Source: Azolla caroliniana
Lineage: Eukaryota > Plantae > Polypodiophyta
Reading direction: 5' to 3'
Assembly: GCA_043228905.1 (NCBI GenBank)
Contig: JBHGNT010000013.1
Span: 15,252,001 to 15,316,000, forward strand
Length of the DNA stretch: 64,000 nt
In this document: positions 62,305-64,000 of the stretch, in pieces
Layout of the letters: the number at the start of each line of letters is the position of its first letter
Position numbering within the stretch: the first letter of the stretch is position 1
The notes under the pieces: model-generated
What the model saw: the letters and a program-made list of their open reading frames with translations, nothing else
Database searches by the model: none
What the model was told of the DNA's origin: nothing
Program-made: the position numbers and the translations under genes

Positions 62305-63869
62305 CTTCTTCTTTAGGGGCAGAGGCCATCGATTCGTGTAATTGTCTTCCCGCCTATCTTTTCTCGACTCTTCTCTCCTCTCCTCTCCTCTCCTCTCTTC
62401 TCTTCTCCTTCTTTTTGTTAAGCTACCATGGTGGAGCCACCATAGCCAGCACAGTTAGCTGATTTCTGCCCTGCAAAGGATGCTGTGCATCAGTCAGTGT
62501 ATATACATATGAGAAGTATAGTACATACGTATATATGAGAAGTAGAAGCCTATTTATGTAATTTACATATCAGAAGTATAGTATGTATATATGAGAAGTA
62601 GAAGCCTATTTATGTAATTTACCATATCTATATATACTCTTGTGTTGTCATGTCCTGTTGATCTAATAAATTTCCTCGAAAGATTCGTATGGACTATATT
62701 CTCATCCTCTGAAGCCTAGTCAAGTCTATTTTTTTGCCATATATTCTAGAGCATCGATGGTTATCGATTTGTATGAAATAATGGTGTCCATAAGTAGTAA
62801 CAAAGCCCCTACATCCTAAAGCACGATCCGAGAAGAGTGTCGTTGCCTTTATATATATCATGTATGATAATGGTTCTTCGGATGTCACACCAAAGTGTTG
62901 CTCACAGGTCAGATTGATCTAAACTTTATACATATGCATATATATATATATATATATATGGATACGATGGCATTTAGGTAACTCTCGTGCTTTATGATGT
63001 CCCAATTTGTGTGTTCTGAGTTTTGAGCAATTGATTTGTACGCACATTCATTATGATTACTCTTCGTACCTTGAAACTGGTGAGATCCTTTCCATAACAC
63101 AAAGGATAGCATGATTGCCCCTTGTTACGTATGTTATTCAACTAGATATTCGAAAACTACAAAGGCAAGCTTAAGATTCAATTTGAATATGTTCATAATT
63201 CAATGGGTTTGGTGGGCCATGTACATACACGTAATTATAGATGCATCCATTGATTAGACCATTTTTTTGAATTTGTGAGGACTCTTAAAGTTGTAGGAAC
63301 ATCTATATGCAAGTAAATATTACAAGGGTTAGTTACTCTTATAACCCTTGACACATTAGAGGATTTTGAAGCATAACAATGAACATGCCACTTATTATAG
63401 TCTTGAGATTGGGTGACAAAAGTAAATGTCAATTAAGTGTTTACATGGTGCAAAAGTTAATTCAATAAGAATTATTATTTTTACCTATTACCTTGTGGGC
63501 AAGGCAACACAATGACAAACACGAATCAGGTGGGCTATTGATGGTTTCTACAATAATTGAAGTTGATATCTCAATTTGATTACATGATCATTTAGTATAA
63601 ATAACATTCAATAAGAAGAAGGATGGTGTGGTTATCTAGTTATTAATTGTAAATTCTATGGTCTAAGATAACGTTTACTCTAAGGAGTGTCAAAAACATC
63701 AACAAGAAATATATGGTCTAAGATAATGAAGTGGTGCAATAGTATTGTTGTACATTGTGAATCCATGATCTTTGATCAAGTTTACTTTTGTTGGAAATGG
63801 TAATAATTTCTAAGGGTAACAATACTCAATCATCTCTACTACAACCAAAGATATATAATCGCATGTTGA

Positions 63870-63872
<3 letters not shown>

Positions 63873-63929
<57 letters not shown>
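63873..63929. repeat. Compound (TG)n(AG)n microsatellite
   Basis: Seen directly. Confidence 0.95.
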
Positions 63930-63933
<4 letters not shown>

Positions 63934-64000
63934 ATGGTAAGTAATAAAAAGTGAGTTTAATAGGAGCTCCATCTGTTACATGACAAGCATGTTCTTGAGA

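Overview
Eukaryotic land-plant genomic DNA. A non-seed plant such as a fern is my inference from the TE families and gene style, not proven. Positions 1-34.2 kb are a retrotransposon nest. It holds an L1-type LINE and a decayed Ty3/gypsy remnant. It also holds several decayed Ty1/copia elements, solo LTRs, and one young, apparently intact 7.2-kb Ty3/gypsy element (21826-28993; tRNA-Trp PBS, 4-bp TSD, gag-protease/pol split by a candidate -1 frameshift). A 5.6-kb non-coding LTR element (7770-13384) shares that gypsy's cis-signals and carries an internal array of hairpin-forming repeats. Positions 35.5-62.3 kb hold three intron-containing housekeeping genes: a PP1 catalytic subunit (+), a chloroplast SDR39U1/GC1-like epimerase (+) and CstF77 (-), with a hAT-type MITE, a LINE remnant and several tandem duplications in introns. 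The best candidate for an undescribed system is the autonomous Trp-primed gypsy plus its putative non-autonomous partner with the structured repeat array. All calls were made by eye; no alignments, folding or database searches were run.
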